Program-made: the position numbers and the translations under genes
Notes under the pieces: generated by a model
What the model saw: the letters and a program-made list of their open reading frames with translations, nothing else
What the model was told of the DNA's origin: nothing
The model's database searches: none
Assembly (NCBI RefSeq): GCF_965204015.1
Contig: NZ_OZ241965.1
Location: 2,423,991 to 2,487,990 of the forward strand
Direction of reading: 5' to 3'
From: Candidatus Poriferisocius sp.
Lineage (GTDB): Bacteria > Actinomycetota > Acidimicrobiia > Acidimicrobiales > Bin134
Length of the DNA: 64,000 bases
Part shown: piece by piece, positions 54,437 to 64,000 of the stretch
Layout of the letters: each line of letters starts with the position of its first letter
Numbering within the stretch: position 1 is the first letter of the stretch

Positions 54437-54925
54437 CTATCCGTAGTAGCCGGAGTAGACGTAGACGCAGGGAACCTCGGCCTCGGCGTACATCTCCACG
54501 TTGCGGGGGTCGTCCTCGAGGGCGTAAAGCAATTCGAAACCGTGGCGGCGGAGGTTGTCCACCTCGGTGGCCTTGTAGGACCGCGACGGGCCGCCGCTGT
54601 TGGGGGGTCGCAGGATCAGCAGATCCCAGCGGATCTCGTGCATCTTCAGCCAGGTCAGGGTGGTGTCGAGCAGGTGCCAGGGGCGGGCGGTGAGCAGCAC
54701 CACGGCGACGTCAGGGGACAGCGAGTCGACCAGGGCCACCGCCGCCTCCAGCGGGGGGTCGTCGGGGCAGCCGGCGAAGAACTCGTCCCAGCGGCGGGCT
54801 TGGGCCAAGTGCTGGCGACTGCTGGCATCGGAGATCACCCCATCCACGTCCACGATCACCGCGGGACCGCCGTCGATCGGCCCGTCCCGCCATCTCCAGT
54901 GGGAAGGGCCGCCTTTCTCGCTCAA
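54437..54925 (-). CDS. HAD-superfamily phosphatase-like protein
   Basis: Only the C-terminal ~160 codons of track ORF 54437..56719 look real: ...AVIVDVDGVISD (DxDG)...VVLLTARP.... A TTG at 54925 overlaps the acs stop (TTGA), and a GTG near 54862 is an alternative start. Confidence 0.6.
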   Translation of the reverse strand: MSEKGGPSHWRWRDGPIDGGPAVIVDVDGVISDASSRQHLAQARRWDEFFAGCPDDPPLEAAVALVDSLSPDVAVVLLTARPWHLLDTTLTWLKMHEIRWDLLILRPPNSGGPSRSYKATEVDNLRRHGFELLYALEDDPRNVEMYAEAEVPCVYVYSGYYG

Positions 54926-56880
54926 TCTTCTTGGGGGGATTCGGCGGCCCGGGTGCGGATCTCGTCCACCACCGACTGGTCGGCCAGGGTGGTGGTGTCG
55001 CCCAGGCTGCGGCCCTCGGCGACGTCCCGCAGCAGGCGGCGCATGATCTTGCCTGAGCGGGTCTTGGGCAGGTCGGGAACCAGCACCACCGTCTTGGGCC
55101 GGGCAATGGGGCCAAGCTTGGTGGCCACATGCTGGCGGACCTCCTCGCCCAACTCGTCGGTGGCGTCGTGGCTGCCCCGCAGGATCACGTAGCCGATGAT
55201 GGCTTGGCCGGTGGTGTCGTCGGCCGCGCCCACCACGGCGGCTTCGGCCACCGCGGCGTGGTCTACCAGAGCTGATTCCACCTCGGTGGTGGAGATGCGG
55301 TGGCCGGAGATGTTCATTACGTCGTCCACCCGACCGAGGAGCCACAGGTAGCCGTCGTCGTCCACTTTGGCCCCGTCTCCGGCGAAGTAGCGGCCCTCGA
55401 ACCGGCTCCAGTACGTCTCCCGGTAGCGCTCGGGGTCGCCCCAGATGCCCCGCAGCATCGACGGCCACGGGCGGGTGATGGTGAGGTAGCCGCCGCCCCG
55501 CTCCACCGGGCGGCCGTCGTCGTCTACCAGTTCGGCGAACACCCCGGGAATGGGATGGGTAGCAGAACCCGGCTTGGTGGTGGTCACGCCGGGCAGCGGG
55601 GAGATCATGTGGCTGCCGGTCTCGGTCTGCCACCAAGTGTCCACGATGGGACAGCCCTCGCCGCCGATGTTGGTGTGGTACCACATCCACGCCTCGGGGT
55701 TGATGGGCTCGCCCACCGTGCCCAGCACCCGCAGGCTCGACAGGTCGTGCTTGGCGGGCTCCTGGGCGCCCCATTTCATGAAGGTGCGGATGGCGGTGGG
55801 GGCGGTGTAGAGCTGGGTGACGCCGTAGCGCTCCACTATGTCCCACAGGCGGTCGCGGCCCGGGGTGTCGGGGGTGCCCTCGTAGATCACCGAGGTGGCG
55901 CCGTTGGCCAGGGGTCCGTACACGATGTAGCTGTGGCCGGTGACCCAGCCGATGTCGGCCGCGCACCAGTACACGTCGGTGTCGGGTTTGAGATCGAACA
56001 CGTACTTGTGGGTGAACGCCACCTGGGTGAGATAGCCGCCGGTGGTGTGCATGATGCCCTTGGGCTTGGCAGTGGTGCCCGACGTGTAGAGCAGGTAGAG
56101 AAGCGCCTCGGAGTCCATGGGCTCGGGAGGACAGTCGGCTGAAGCGTCGGCCATGAGGTCGTGCCACCACAGATCCCGGCCCTCGGCCATGTCGACGTCG
56201 GTGTCGCAGCGGTTGACCACCACGACGTGCTCCACCGAGGCCGCCCCCTGACTGAGGGCGGTGTCCACGTTGGGCTTCAGCATCGACGGAGCGCCCCGGC
56301 GGTAGCCGGCGTCGGCGGTGATAATGAGCCGGGCCTCGGCATCCTCGCAGCGGTCGACGATGGCATCGGGGGAGAAACCGCCGAAGATCACCGAATGGGC
56401 CACGCCGATGCGGGTGCAGGCCAGCATGGCCACCGGCAGCTCGGGAATCATCGGCATGTAGATCGCCACCCGGTCGCCCGCGCCCAGTCCCAGGCCTTTG
56501 AGCACGTTGGCAAATTTGGACACCTCGGTCAATAGATCGGCGTAGGTGATGGTGAGGGTGTCGCCCGGCTCGCCCTCCCAGTGGAAGGCGATCTTGTTGC
56601 CCTGGCCGGCTTCGACGTGGCGGTCGAGGCAGTTGTACGACACGTTGAGGGCGCCGCCGATGAACCACCGGGCGAAGGGCAGATCCCACTCCAACACCGA
56701 GTGGAAATCGCGGTCCCAACTCAGCAGCTCGCGAGCCTGGCGGGCCCAGAACGCCTCGTAGTCAGCCTCAGCCTCGTCGTAGAGCGAGCGGTTGCTGGCC
56801 AGTGCGGCGGCGGCAAAATCGGGGGACGGGGCAAAAGTACGGTCTTCGACGTAATAGTCCTCGATGGTGGCGTCGGCCAT
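54922..56880 (-). CDS. acs: Acetyl-CoA synthetase (AMP-forming)
   Basis: 652 aa, ...LLYTSGTTAKPKGIMHTTGGYL...YWCAADIGWVTGHSY...GRVDDVMNISGHRISTTEVE...PKTRSGKIMRRLLR. Confidence 0.96.
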   Translation of the reverse strand: MADATIEDYYVEDRTFAPSPDFAAAALASNRSLYDEAEADYEAFWARQARELLSWDRDFHSVLEWDLPFARWFIGGALNVSYNCLDRHVEAGQGNKIAFHWEGEPGDTLTITYADLLTEVSKFANVLKGLGLGAGDRVAIYMPMIPELPVAMLACTRIGVAHSVIFGGFSPDAIVDRCEDAEARLIITADAGYRRGAPSMLKPNVDTALSQGAASVEHVVVVNRCDTDVDMAEGRDLWWHDLMADASADCPPEPMDSEALLYLLYTSGTTAKPKGIMHTTGGYLTQVAFTHKYVFDLKPDTDVYWCAADIGWVTGHSYIVYGPLANGATSVIYEGTPDTPGRDRLWDIVERYGVTQLYTAPTAIRTFMKWGAQEPAKHDLSSLRVLGTVGEPINPEAWMWYHTNIGGEGCPIVDTWWQTETGSHMISPLPGVTTTKPGSATHPIPGVFAELVDDDGRPVERGGGYLTITRPWPSMLRGIWGDPERYRETYWSRFEGRYFAGDGAKVDDDGYLWLLGRVDDVMNISGHRISTTEVESALVDHAAVAEAAVVGAADDTTGQAIIGYVILRGSHDATDELGEEVRQHVATKLGPIARPKTVVLVPDLPKTRSGKIMRRLLRDVAEGRSLGDTTTLADQSVVDEIRTRAAESPQED

Positions 56881-56995
56881 GGTCGATCCTTTCCGATGCT
56901 TTCGCGAGACTGCGCGGCGAGCCTACATTCTGTCGTCCTAGAAGGGTTATGGTCAGGTAGTGGAGCTACTTCGGGCCGGGAGTTGATCGGCGATT

Positions 56996-57409
56996 ATGGA
57001 CATCAGGGTTGCCACGCTGTGTGATTTCGCCCAGGTGCGGGAGGGGCTACTGTTTGTGAGCTCGGCGGGCATCACCCGGGTGTATCGGGAGTCATTTCCC
57101 GCGCCCATCGGAGTGATGCTGGCCTTGGTGCTGGAGATGTCGCCGGTGGAGGCGGCCGCGCCCAACAAGATCACCGTGAGGGTTGAGGATGCCGACGGGA
57201 AGAAACTGGCCGAAATGGTGGGTGAGGTGCAGGTGAAGCTGGGCTCGGGCCATGATCCCGGCGAGCTGGTCAACGTCCCGTTCGTGGCCGATTTCCGGGC
57301 GATGAAGCTGCCGACGCCGGGTCGATATCAGGTGGCTATCCATCCCGAGGTCGATGGCGCCAACCCGGTAGCACTGGGGTTTCGAGCCGCGGTTCGAAAC
57401 AAGACGTGA
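56996..57409 (+). CDS. Hypothetical protein (137 aa)
   Basis: Clean ORF with the codon bias of its neighbours, MDIRVATLCDFAQVREGLLFVSSAG.... I cannot name a family with confidence. Confidence 0.55.
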   Translation: MDIRVATLCDFAQVREGLLFVSSAGITRVYRESFPAPIGVMLALVLEMSPVEAAAPNKITVRVEDADGKKLAEMVGEVQVKLGSGHDPGELVNVPFVADFRAMKLPTPGRYQVAIHPEVDGANPVALGFRAAVRNKT

Positions 57410-57415
57410 TCCGAG

Positions 57416-58333
57416 TCACTCCGGTGGAGGCACGTCCCATTCGGCCACGGTGAAGCCGCCTAGACCGGCGGGGTCGAGCAGGGCTTCGGCTTCGATGACC
57501 CGGCTGCGGCCGGCCAGTGCGGCCAGATCGCCTTGGGCGGCTCCCGCCCGCCAAGCGGCCGCCCCCTCGTCCACCAGCTCGTCGATGCTGTGGACCCGCA
57601 GCCAATCAGCCTGTGTGGAGACCCTGGTGGGTGGGCGCACCGCGGCGAGCTGATCGAGAGCTACCTCACAGGTGATGTCCTGGGTGCCGGGGGCGGTCCA
57701 CGGGTCGTCGCCCCGCTCATGGCCCCGATAAGTCCGCAGCCACTCGGGCCAGGGCCGGGAAGCCATTTTCTCGGTGGTGCTCATGTAGTCGATGATCACC
57801 ACGGTGCCCTGATTCAGGATCGACAGGGCCTGGGCCAGCCATGAACAGGCCTGGCTCTGACGGGGGGTCAGGCGGGTCTCGGGGTTGGGGCGGTGGTCGC
57901 CCACCTCGTTGCCGTCGGGGTCGAAGAGGTGCAGCGGCAGATTGTCGAGCAGCTCGTTGGCCACGATCACTCCGGTGATCGGGCCACCGGGCATGGCGGC
58001 TTGTGAGTCGCCGATGGTGTGGGCCGCGCGCCCCGCGGCACTGCGCTCCACGTTGATCCAGCGCAGCGCGGGTGCGCAGCCGGGCTCGGCCTTGGCCACA
58101 GTGCGGGCCAGGGTGCCTGGTCCGGCCCCGGCGTCGATCACGGTGAACGGGTCGGGTTGACCCAACTCGCTCCAGCGGCGGTCCAGCACCCGGGCAACGA
58201 CGGCACCGAACAGCGGCCCTACTTCTGGGCTGGTGATGAAGTGGCCCCCCCGGCGTCCGGCTTGGCCCGACTGGTAGAACCCGTGCTCGGGGTCATACAG
58301 CGCCCGTTCCATGAACTCGGCGAAGTTGGTCAT
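57416..58333 (-). CDS. SAM-dependent methyltransferase, MidA/NDUFAF7 (DUF185)-like
   Basis: The ATG at 58333 gives MTNFAEFMERALYDPEHGFYQSGQAGRRGGHFITSPEVGPLFGAVVARVL...VIDAGAGPGTLA. The track ORF start at 58633 is a shadow extension. Confidence 0.8.
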   Translation of the reverse strand: MTNFAEFMERALYDPEHGFYQSGQAGRRGGHFITSPEVGPLFGAVVARVLDRRWSELGQPDPFTVIDAGAGPGTLARTVAKAEPGCAPALRWINVERSAAGRAAHTIGDSQAAMPGGPITGVIVANELLDNLPLHLFDPDGNEVGDHRPNPETRLTPRQSQACSWLAQALSILNQGTVVIIDYMSTTEKMASRPWPEWLRTYRGHERGDDPWTAPGTQDITCEVALDQLAAVRPPTRVSTQADWLRVHSIDELVDEGAAAWRAGAAQGDLAALAGRSRVIEAEALLDPAGLGGFTVAEWDVPPPE

Positions 58334-58499
58334 CGCAATGGGCGAGACTCGTCGATGCTCGCAGCAAACCCCACCGCTCCAGTATGACGATGTAGGCAGC
58401 CGGGAACCCCAGCGGTGCGCGCCATTGGTGGTGTCAATACACTGTGGCCATCGAACGAGCGGAACCGCGTGAATCGCGGCATCCGGCACTGGAGGCACC

Positions 58500-59264
58500 A
58501 TGACTGACACCCCGATGACCCGACCCGGCGAGGTTGCCGGCTGGCCGAAGCTGACCGTCGAGTACCGGACCGATCCGGCCGGCATTGAGCAAATCCTGCC
58601 GCCGGGGCTCATTCCGGGCGATCCGGTTGTCACCGTGGGCGTGTACTGCGTGCCGGTGATGGGCGAGCCGGAGTACGGCGTCAGCGTGAAGGTGCCGGCC
58701 AGCTGGAACGGCGTGAGCGGTCAATACAGCCTGGGTTTGGGTATCGACCAGGAGGCCGCCATCTTCATCAGCGGTGAGACCAACGGCCAGCCCAAGTACC
58801 CGTGCGACATCCGCTTCTATCGCCTGGGCAACCGGGTGGAAGCCCGGACGATCCATCAGGGCTATACGTTCATCGAGTTCGAAGGCGATGTCACCGGGGC
58901 AGTGGAACCGAAGGCCGGAGAGTTCACCGAGCACGAGTGGTGGACCAAGTACTCCCGGGCCATCGGCGGCGCCGAGAAAGAGTACGACTTCGCGCCCCAC
59001 GTGGTGGATGTGGCCACCACCTTCGAGCAGGTTCACGTCGAGGACATCGACGGCGAGTTGCGGTTGTTGGACAGCCCCTGGGATCCCGTGGCCCGTTACT
59101 TCCCCATCGTCGAGCAGCTCTCGGCCCAGCTGGTAACCAACCGGATGATCGACCGGCAGATCACCAACGCCGGCCCGCTGGACCCCGATGCCTTCTGGCC
59201 CAGCGCCGACGTCATCGGTGGGTCCCGTTGGCCGGGCACCCGGGGCGGCCCTCGTCGCCCGTAG
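58500..59264 (+). CDS. Acetoacetate decarboxylase (ADC) family protein
   Basis: 254 aa, ...WPKLTVEYRTDPAGIEQILPPGL...GEPEYGVSVKV.... The layout resembles ADC-family beta-cone proteins. Confidence 0.65.
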   Translation: MTDTPMTRPGEVAGWPKLTVEYRTDPAGIEQILPPGLIPGDPVVTVGVYCVPVMGEPEYGVSVKVPASWNGVSGQYSLGLGIDQEAAIFISGETNGQPKYPCDIRFYRLGNRVEARTIHQGYTFIEFEGDVTGAVEPKAGEFTEHEWWTKYSRAIGGAEKEYDFAPHVVDVATTFEQVHVEDIDGELRLLDSPWDPVARYFPIVEQLSAQLVTNRMIDRQITNAGPLDPDAFWPSADVIGGSRWPGTRGGPRRP

Positions 59265-59269
59265 GTCTT

Positions 59270-62200
59270 TTAGGAAGCTGGCTCAGGTTCGACGGCATAC
59301 CAGAGGCGGTCAAACGCGGTTCCCGCACCGGCCAGTTGGCTAGGCGGACCGTTCTCGACCACCCGGCCGTCTTCCACCACGACCGCGAAATCGGCCTGCA
59401 AGGCGACGTTTTGCCGATGGGTCACAATGAGAGTGGTGGCTCCGAGCGACCTCACCGCATCCAGCACCGCCTGCTCAAGCGGCCCGCCGAGGCTTGATGT
59501 TGCCTCATCGAGAACCAGCACGTCGGGCTGAGCCAACCACGCTCTGGCCAAAGCGACGAGTTGCCGCTGGGCCGCGGTGAGGTTTCGACCCTCTTCATCC
59601 ACGGGATGGTCCAATCCGTCTTCCAGTTCTGAGATGAGGGAATCGGCACCGATGGCCCTTGCCGCAGCCATCAGCTCGTCATCCGAAGCCTCGGGTCGCC
59701 CATAGGCGATATTGGTGCGAATCGTTCCTTTGAACAGGAAGGCATCCTGGGGCACGATTCCCAGACGGTGCCGCAGCGACTGGGCGCGGTAGTCCCGGAT
59801 GTCGATTCCATCGTGGGTGATGCGACCCGAGTCGGGGTCATAGATCCGAGTCAGGAGCTTGGTAATCGACGACTTCCCGGCACCAGTGAACCCCACAATG
59901 GCGGTCACCGAGCCAGCCCGTAGCGCGAAGGACGTATCGCGCAGAACCGGCTGGTCGGTTTGGGGATAGGTGAACGAGACCGACTCGAACGCGAGGTCGC
60001 CGGTGAGCGGACCGACCTCTTCGGCGTCGGGCCGTTCGATCGGCCAGATCGGGGCCTTGAACGGGTGTCCGAGGCGGCGCCACGAGACTCGGGAGTCGAG
60101 GAAATACGAGTACAGGCCGCCAACAATGGCCAGTGGTCGCAGGGCCTGGTCGACCACCAGTCGCGCCGCCAGCGCAGTACCCACGGCAACAGTTCCGGCT
60201 ATGGCCGCGTTTCCGGCCCGGGCCAGCACGAAAGCGCCACCGACTAGAGCGATGAACTGCATTGTCTCGGCATAGAGATTTGCCGCTGAGGTCGCCCAGC
60301 GCCGACTCTGGCGGAGTTCCCAGGCATCACCCACGAAGCGGCGATTGGCCTTCTCCTGGGCACCGCACCCCCGTAGTTCCGACCGTCCGGCGAAGTGCTC
60401 CTCGAAAACGGAAATCGTTCGCCCTAGATCGGTTCGGGCTCGTTCAAAGGCTCGATGTCCGACCACCAGCTGGGCGTAGGTGGCGGCCAGCATCAATACA
60501 GCCATGACGACGACCACCGGTGCGATCTGGGGCACCAAGATCACGGCCACCGTGAGTCCGATCACGAGGCTCGCGATGGTCGAGATGAATCGGAAGATCG
60601 GCTCTTGCAAAAAGTTCAGAACGGTGTCGAGATCATTCACAACTCGGGCGGCAACCTCACCGGGCAGTTCGCGGTCGTAGAAGTCGATGCCGAGCTTGGT
60701 CAGACGCTGGAAGACTCGACGGCGCATGAGGTAAACGATGGACTGGGCGATCTTCATGGCGATGATTCGCAGGAAGTAGCCGCTGAGCGCGAAGACAATG
60801 CCGACGCCGACGGCGGCGGCCCCGATGACGTAGACGATCGACGAGTCGCGGTCTTCGGCCGCATCGGCGGCCTGGCTGAAGAGCAGCTCCGGTCCGATCT
60901 TGGCCAGGGTGTTGACCACGAGCAGCACCAACAGCACCACCAGCGCCGCCGCGGTGACGCGCGCCAGGAATCGCGCACGAGGCAGCTTGTCGACGCGGCT
61001 GGTTTCGTCGTCGACCAGCGGCTCCTCGTTGCTGACGTCGAGCGAATGCACCACATTGGCCAACGATCCATCAACGTCGGCGTCGTCTAGTGCGAACGGA
61101 TCTGCCGCGCCCGCACTCGTCGTGGTCCCGGGGCGGTCGGGCAATTCGATGACGATGTCGGCCAGTTCAACTGGGTCCGGGCGCCGGCTGATGGCCACCA
61201 CGATTGTGTCGGGAAGCACTTCGGCCATCTGTTTGAGGATCCGAAGCTCATGGGCAGGACTCACCCCCGAAAGTGCGTCGTCGAGCACGATCACTCGAGG
61301 ACGAGCGATGATCGCCCGGGCCAAGGCGAGGCGCTGGCGTTGGCCCCCTGAGAGCGTCAGCCCGCGGTCACCGATGGTGCCATCGAGCCCATTGGCGAGG
61401 CGCTCTGTGATGTCATCAGCGCCGGCAGCATCGAGAGCGACGGTGATCTCGTGGTCAGAAACCTCCCAAGGAGCACCGAGGTCGAGGTTGTCCCGAAGCG
61501 TGCCCGAGAACAACACCGGCTCTTCGGAAACAACGCGCACCACCCTTCGGATGGTGGTGATGTCGAGTTCTGAGAGAGGTCGGCCATCGACGAATATCTC
61601 TCCAGACGTAGGCGACAGCAATCCGCCCATCAGGTTGGCCAGTGTGCTCTTGCCCGAGCCGGGAGGGCCGGTGACAACCACGAGATCACCGGGTCGCACC
61701 GAAGCCGAGACATTGTCGATCACGATGTGTCCTTCGAAATCGACCTCCACGTCTTGGAGCTCGAACCCCTCGAATGTTTCGGCCAGCGGACGGCCTTCGG
61801 TCGGGCGTTCACCGAGGGCGAGAACCTCGGTGAGTCTCAATTGAGCGCTGCGAAGGTATTGCCACCGGCTGGCCAGTTCATCCAGCAGTTGGGCCAGAGT
61901 GGTGACAATGCCCGCGGTCTGAAATGCGACCAGGAATGTGCCCACCGAAAGGTTGCCAGACACGACGAGCCTGGCCCCCACGACCAAGACCGCGGCGTTG
62001 ACCAGCAGGGGAACTGCTTTGAGGAAGATGTCATAGCGAGCGAGGAGCCGGACGCGGGTCATCGAATAGCGATAGGTCCGCAGGGCAACGTCGCTCAACC
62101 GCTGTCGCTCTTCGTTCTCCCGTCCGAATGCCCGCATCACCCGGACCCCGCGAACCGGCTCGTCAATGGCGGCGGCCACTTCGGCTCGCTCGTTGAGCTC

Positions 62201-62794
62201 AGCCCAGCTCAGTCCCCAGAGACGCTTCCGAAAGAGCGACAGGAGCCAGAAGTTGAGCGGGATGGACAGGAAGGTGATGAGGGCCAAGGCAGGACTCAGG
62301 AAGGCCAGATACACCAAAAGAGCGATGGTTGCCGGCGCCAAGGTCACGATTGTTGGCAAGAGCTGGAGTGTCCCTTGGACCAGATTGAGGTCGGTCATCG
62401 ACCGCGTGACCAACTGCCCTCCGGTGACTTTGTCGAGGGTTCGGAGGTCGGCCCATTGCACTCGGGTGTAAAGCCAGGTTCGCAGGTCGAACTCGAGCTG
62501 ATAGCCCAGCCGCTCAGTGAGCTGCTTGAAGGCAAAGCCGAAGGCGAATCCAAGCAGGGCGAGTCGGAAGATATAGGAGACGTATTCCTGGAGAGGGATC
62601 GCCTGGTCGACAATTCCGTTGTCGACCAGGGCCACCGTGGCGCTGGCGATCAGCAGGTTGACGACGATGCTTCCGCCCATTGCGCCGACAAGCCAGCGGA
62701 CGATCCCCTTTTGTCGGGCGAGCAGAATCCACAGCAGGCTTCTTCGAACGGCGACGCTCTTATCGATCATCCATGTCGAGGACGTGGACTTCAT
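59270..62794 (-). CDS. Fused ABC exporter (TMD-NBD-TMD-NBD) with one degenerate ATP site
   Basis: NBD1: GPPGSGKST, LSGGQRQRLALARA, Walker B VIVLDDA (no catalytic Glu). NBD2: GFTGAGKSS, signature LTAAQRQLVALARA (degenerate), Walker B LVLDEAT. Confidence 0.9.
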   Translation of the reverse strand: MKSTSSTWMIDKSVAVRRSLLWILLARQKGIVRWLVGAMGGSIVVNLLIASATVALVDNGIVDQAIPLQEYVSYIFRLALLGFAFGFAFKQLTERLGYQLEFDLRTWLYTRVQWADLRTLDKVTGGQLVTRSMTDLNLVQGTLQLLPTIVTLAPATIALLVYLAFLSPALALITFLSIPLNFWLLSLFRKRLWGLSWAELNERAEVAAAIDEPVRGVRVMRAFGRENEERQRLSDVALRTYRYSMTRVRLLARYDIFLKAVPLLVNAAVLVVGARLVVSGNLSVGTFLVAFQTAGIVTTLAQLLDELASRWQYLRSAQLRLTEVLALGERPTEGRPLAETFEGFELQDVEVDFEGHIVIDNVSASVRPGDLVVVTGPPGSGKSTLANLMGGLLSPTSGEIFVDGRPLSELDITTIRRVVRVVSEEPVLFSGTLRDNLDLGAPWEVSDHEITVALDAAGADDITERLANGLDGTIGDRGLTLSGGQRQRLALARAIIARPRVIVLDDALSGVSPAHELRILKQMAEVLPDTIVVAISRRPDPVELADIVIELPDRPGTTTSAGAADPFALDDADVDGSLANVVHSLDVSNEEPLVDDETSRVDKLPRARFLARVTAAALVVLLVLLVVNTLAKIGPELLFSQAADAAEDRDSSIVYVIGAAAVGVGIVFALSGYFLRIIAMKIAQSIVYLMRRRVFQRLTKLGIDFYDRELPGEVAARVVNDLDTVLNFLQEPIFRFISTIASLVIGLTVAVILVPQIAPVVVVMAVLMLAATYAQLVVGHRAFERARTDLGRTISVFEEHFAGRSELRGCGAQEKANRRFVGDAWELRQSRRWATSAANLYAETMQFIALVGGAFVLARAGNAAIAGTVAVGTALAARLVVDQALRPLAIVGGLYSYFLDSRVSWRRLGHPFKAPIWPIERPDAEEVGPLTGDLAFESVSFTYPQTDQPVLRDTSFALRAGSVTAIVGFTGAGKSSITKLLTRIYDPDSGRITHDGIDIRDYRAQSLRHRLGIVPQDAFLFKGTIRTNIAYGRPEASDDELMAAARAIGADSLISELEDGLDHPVDEEGRNLTAAQRQLVALARAWLAQPDVLVLDEATSSLGGPLEQAVLDAVRSLGATTLIVTHRQNVALQADFAVVVEDGRVVENGPPSQLAGAGTAFDRLWYAVEPEPAS

Positions 62795-62831
62795 CGGAGG
62801 ACATCCGCCATTGCCATGGCCTGCATTGGGG

Positions 62832-63302
62832 TCAACAGATTCCTACCAATTCTTCGTATTCGTCTTCGCAGGCCAGTTCGGGTTCTCCCCGCAGGGTGAG
62901 CACGCATCCCCGCGATGCCATGGCTCCCTCTTCGTTCACCCGGAATGGGGCAGACGGCCACATTGAGTCGTCGCGGGCGTTGTCATCCACCGAGGCAAAG
63001 TCGCCGCTGTCCTCATCGGCGGTGTACCAGGTCAAAATGTCGCCGTCGTAGTCCTCGTCTTCCCCTTCCGGCAGCAGCTCGGCGCTCAAGAAAACCGTGT
63101 CGTCATCCCGCTGGTGGACTCGGGCGTGGCGGAGGGTTCCGTCGGTGGTCAACCCTGCTTGCAGCGTCTCAACAGAGGTGAGCTTCGCCGGGACACAGAG
63201 ACCGGCGTCGACCGAGGGGCTGCTGCACGCGACGAATGCTGGGGCGATGAGACAGAGGCACGCGGCCGCTCGCAACGCCCTGCGGGAAAGCTGCGGCGCC
63301 AA
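62832..63302 (-). CDS. Putative lipoprotein
   Basis: The N-terminus MAPQLSRRALRAAACLCLIAPAFVAC|SSP has a lipobox-like (A)FVAC, and the mature part is acidic. Confidence 0.55.
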   Translation of the reverse strand: MAPQLSRRALRAAACLCLIAPAFVACSSPSVDAGLCVPAKLTSVETLQAGLTTDGTLRHARVHQRDDDTVFLSAELLPEGEDEDYDGDILTWYTADEDSGDFASVDDNARDDSMWPSAPFRVNEEGAMASRGCVLTLRGEPELACEDEYEELVGIC

Positions 63303-63317
63303 GGTGTTCGGTCCCTG

Positions 63318-64000
63318 CTAGGTGTCGAACTTCAGCCCGACCAGTTGTTCGCTGAGCTCCCAGAGCGCGGCCTCAATGGGCGGGTTGTAGATGTGAGGGG
63401 CGTAGCCGATTTCGCCTGTTCCCGGTTCGGCCACGTTGCAGTCGGCCAGGTACTTGCCGTTGTGGTCGGCCAATTCCGGGGCGGTTGCGGCCCAAACTTG
63501 GGTGGCGGCGCCGGATTCCAGGGTCTTGTATTGGAGGCCTTGGCCTGAGGACGAGCTGGCCTTGGCTCGCTGTCTCATGCCTTCGATCATCTCTTTGGTC
63601 ATGTGCCGGCCCAGCTTGGTGGGGATTGCTCCGGGATGGACCGACAGCGAGACCAATTCATCGCCGCAGCGCCGAGCCAACTCGGCGGCGAAATGGATGT
63701 TGGCGGTCTTCGACCGGCCGTAGGACACCCAGGGGTCGTAGGGAGTGGTCTCGAAGTTGGGATCTTCGAGATCCACGTCGGAGATGCGGTGGCCCCCCGA
63801 CGACAGGGTTACCACCCGAGGACTCTCGGCTTGGCGCAAGAGCGGCATCAGCCGGGCCGTTAAGGCGAAGTGGCCCAGATGGTTGGTGCCGAACTGCATC
63901 TCAAAGCCATCGGCGGTTCGGCCGAATGGGCAGCACATCACGCCGGCGTTGTTCAGCAGCACGTCGATGCGGTCGAACTGATCGGCGGCCTCGGCGGCGA
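63318..64000 (-). CDS. Short-chain dehydrogenase/reductase (partial, N-terminus beyond window end)
   Basis: ...[21 protein letters not shown]...LSSGGH...YGRSKTAN (YxxxK). The frame stays open through 64000. Confidence 0.85.
   Translation of the reverse strand, partial: AAEAADQFDRIDVLLNNAGVMCCPFGRTADGFEMQFGTNHLGHFALTARLMPLLRQAESPRVVTLSSGGHRISDVDLEDPNFETTPYDPWVSYGRSKTANIHFAAELARRCGDELVSLSVHPGAIPTKLGRHMTKEMIEGMRQRAKASSSSGQGLQYKTLESGAATQVWAATAPELADHNGKYLADCNVAEPGTGEIGYAPHIYNPPIEAALWELSEQLVGLKFDT

Noticed and set aside
54926-56719. Upstream ~600 codons of the 760-aa minus-strand ORF 54437..56719
   Set aside because: This part is an out-of-frame overlap of acs (P/R/G/H-rich nonsense). Only the part downstream of the acs stop reads like a real HAD-type protein.

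Overview
High-GC chromosomal window that looks Actinomycetota-like; the taxon is my inference from protein sequences and gene order. About half of it is the translation/transcription supercluster, all on the minus strand. In transcription order: tRNA-Thr, tRNA-Met, ECF sigma plus a small anti-sigma candidate, tRNA-Trp, secE-nusG-rplK-rplA-rplJ-rplL-rpoB-rpoC-rpsL-rpsG-fusA-tuf-rpsJ. A 4-kb non-ribosomal block follows (serB, citE-like, tpx, and a convergent AI-2E permease). Then come rplC-rplD-rplW-rplB-rpsS-rplV-rpsC-rplP-rpmC-rpsQ-rplN-rplX-rplE-rpsN-rpsH-rplF-rplR-rpsE-rpmD-rplO-secY-adk-infA-rpmJ-rpsM-(rpsK). Many annotated starts are shorter than the ORF-track entries, because high GC produces long upstream and shadow ORFs. 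I placed starts by protein N-termini and by ATGA/GTGA stop-start overlaps. Between tRNA-Thr (33.9 kb) and tRNA-Tyr (49.2 kb) lies an accessory island with no integrase or transposase. It holds a GNAT acetyltransferase, a DUF222/HNH (REP13E12-type) gene, a NYN-like gene fragment, and a five-gene co-directional array: NYN-like nuclease, then HTH-N6A-methyltransferase-TRD fusion, then hsdM, hsdS and hsdR. A repeat-rich divergent control region follows, and then a four-gene plus-strand operon of unknown function (45.6-49.1 kb). That operon encodes a 549-aa protein with a C-terminal RNxxxH HEPN-like motif, a TIGR04255-like protein, and two small translationally coupled unknowns. It is my best candidate for an undescribed defence-type system, and the NYN plus M-S-fusion pair is second. 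The right flank (49.3-64 kb) is ordinary core DNA: yajQ, an SGNH hydrolase, htpX, a secreted 15-repeat RCC1-like protein, a HAD phosphatase, acs, a MidA-like methyltransferase, an acetoacetate-decarboxylase-family protein, a fused ABC exporter with one degenerate ATP site, a lipoprotein and a partial SDR. There are no rRNA genes and no CRISPR array.
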